The notes beneath the pieces are model-generated. The model ran no database searches, had not been told where the DNA came from, and saw only the letters and a program-made list of their open reading frames with translations. DNA of 62,980 nt, the filler included, from Sphacelaria rigidula (lineage: Eukaryota), in assembly GCA_964200075.2 (NCBI GenBank). It is 11 parts of 11 records of this genome, joined end to end, with 100 filler letters (N's around TTAATTAATTAA, not from the genome) between each part and the next. Parts side by side here need not be neighbours in the genome. Positions count along the whole stretch, not along the records: positions 57,347 to 62,980 come from CAXNAA020025700.1; 10 more parts are not named here. One strand, written 5' to 3'. Shown here piece by piece: positions 62,748 through 62,980 of this stretch. The position numbers were made by a program, and so were the translations under genes. Numbering within the stretch: position 1 is the first letter of the stretch; each line of letters starts with the position of its first letter.

Positions 62748-62980
62748 TGTAGACTCTAGCCACCATTGTTACCTAAGGACATTTATAGGTGGAGTTGCGG
62801 GTCTGATTGCCGGACTCTGTGATGGTGACCTCCATGACGAGTAGGCTTGATTTCGCCACTCTGGTGGAAAGAGGCAGTGGTCCTGTTCTCCTGTACTATG
62901 CTGAGGGTTGATATATGAATAACTAAAGCTGCTGAAGTCCATGTGCCCGTGATGGGAGGAGTCCACATGGCAATCTGATC
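62748..62980 (+). repeat. 3' LTR (truncated by the window end)
   Basis: 14 substitutions in 233 nt versus the 5' LTR by manual count, no indels. Confidence 0.9.

Larger units (their letters stand above)
59030..62980 (+). mobile_element. Non-autonomous LTR retroelement inserted into the Gypsy pol
   Basis: Direct repeats 59030-59282 and 62748-62980; G-rich PPT-like GGGGG just before the second; interior lacks RT/RH/IN motifs. Confidence 0.88.

Overview
Eukaryotic, repeat-rich genomic DNA, most likely a brown alga or related stramenopile (inference from GT-AG exons separated by long introns, a WVDD-type Gypsy RT and a LINE C-terminus I recall from phaeophycean genomes). The window is not contiguous. 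It consists of eleven unplaced contigs of 5635/5634 bp, apparently sorted by length and joined by 100-bp N44-TTAATTAATTAA-N44 linkers, so adjacency across linkers means nothing. Transposon relics dominate: a Copia pol end with its 3' LTR, two to three Gypsy fragments, a LINE 3' fragment, Sola2-like and pogo-like transposase fragments, an RT-less LTR element and many MITEs. Isolated host exons include a GNAT acetyltransferase, a histidine phosphatase, a HAD hydrolase, a possible Rpp21 and a small zinc-finger gene. Most interesting: (1) a LINE family with no poly(A) tail that ends in ATGAGTAC and leaves very short insertions with 14-15 bp TSDs in C-rich tracts; (2) an intron-containing, Cys/His-rich, apparently internally deleted transposon-like gene at 29563-31611; (3) a four-level nest of DNA transposons at 41694-44723 with a TSD visible at every level; (4) GTAC-targeting Sola-like non-autonomous elements. 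No CRISPR array, rRNA or intact tRNA was seen.
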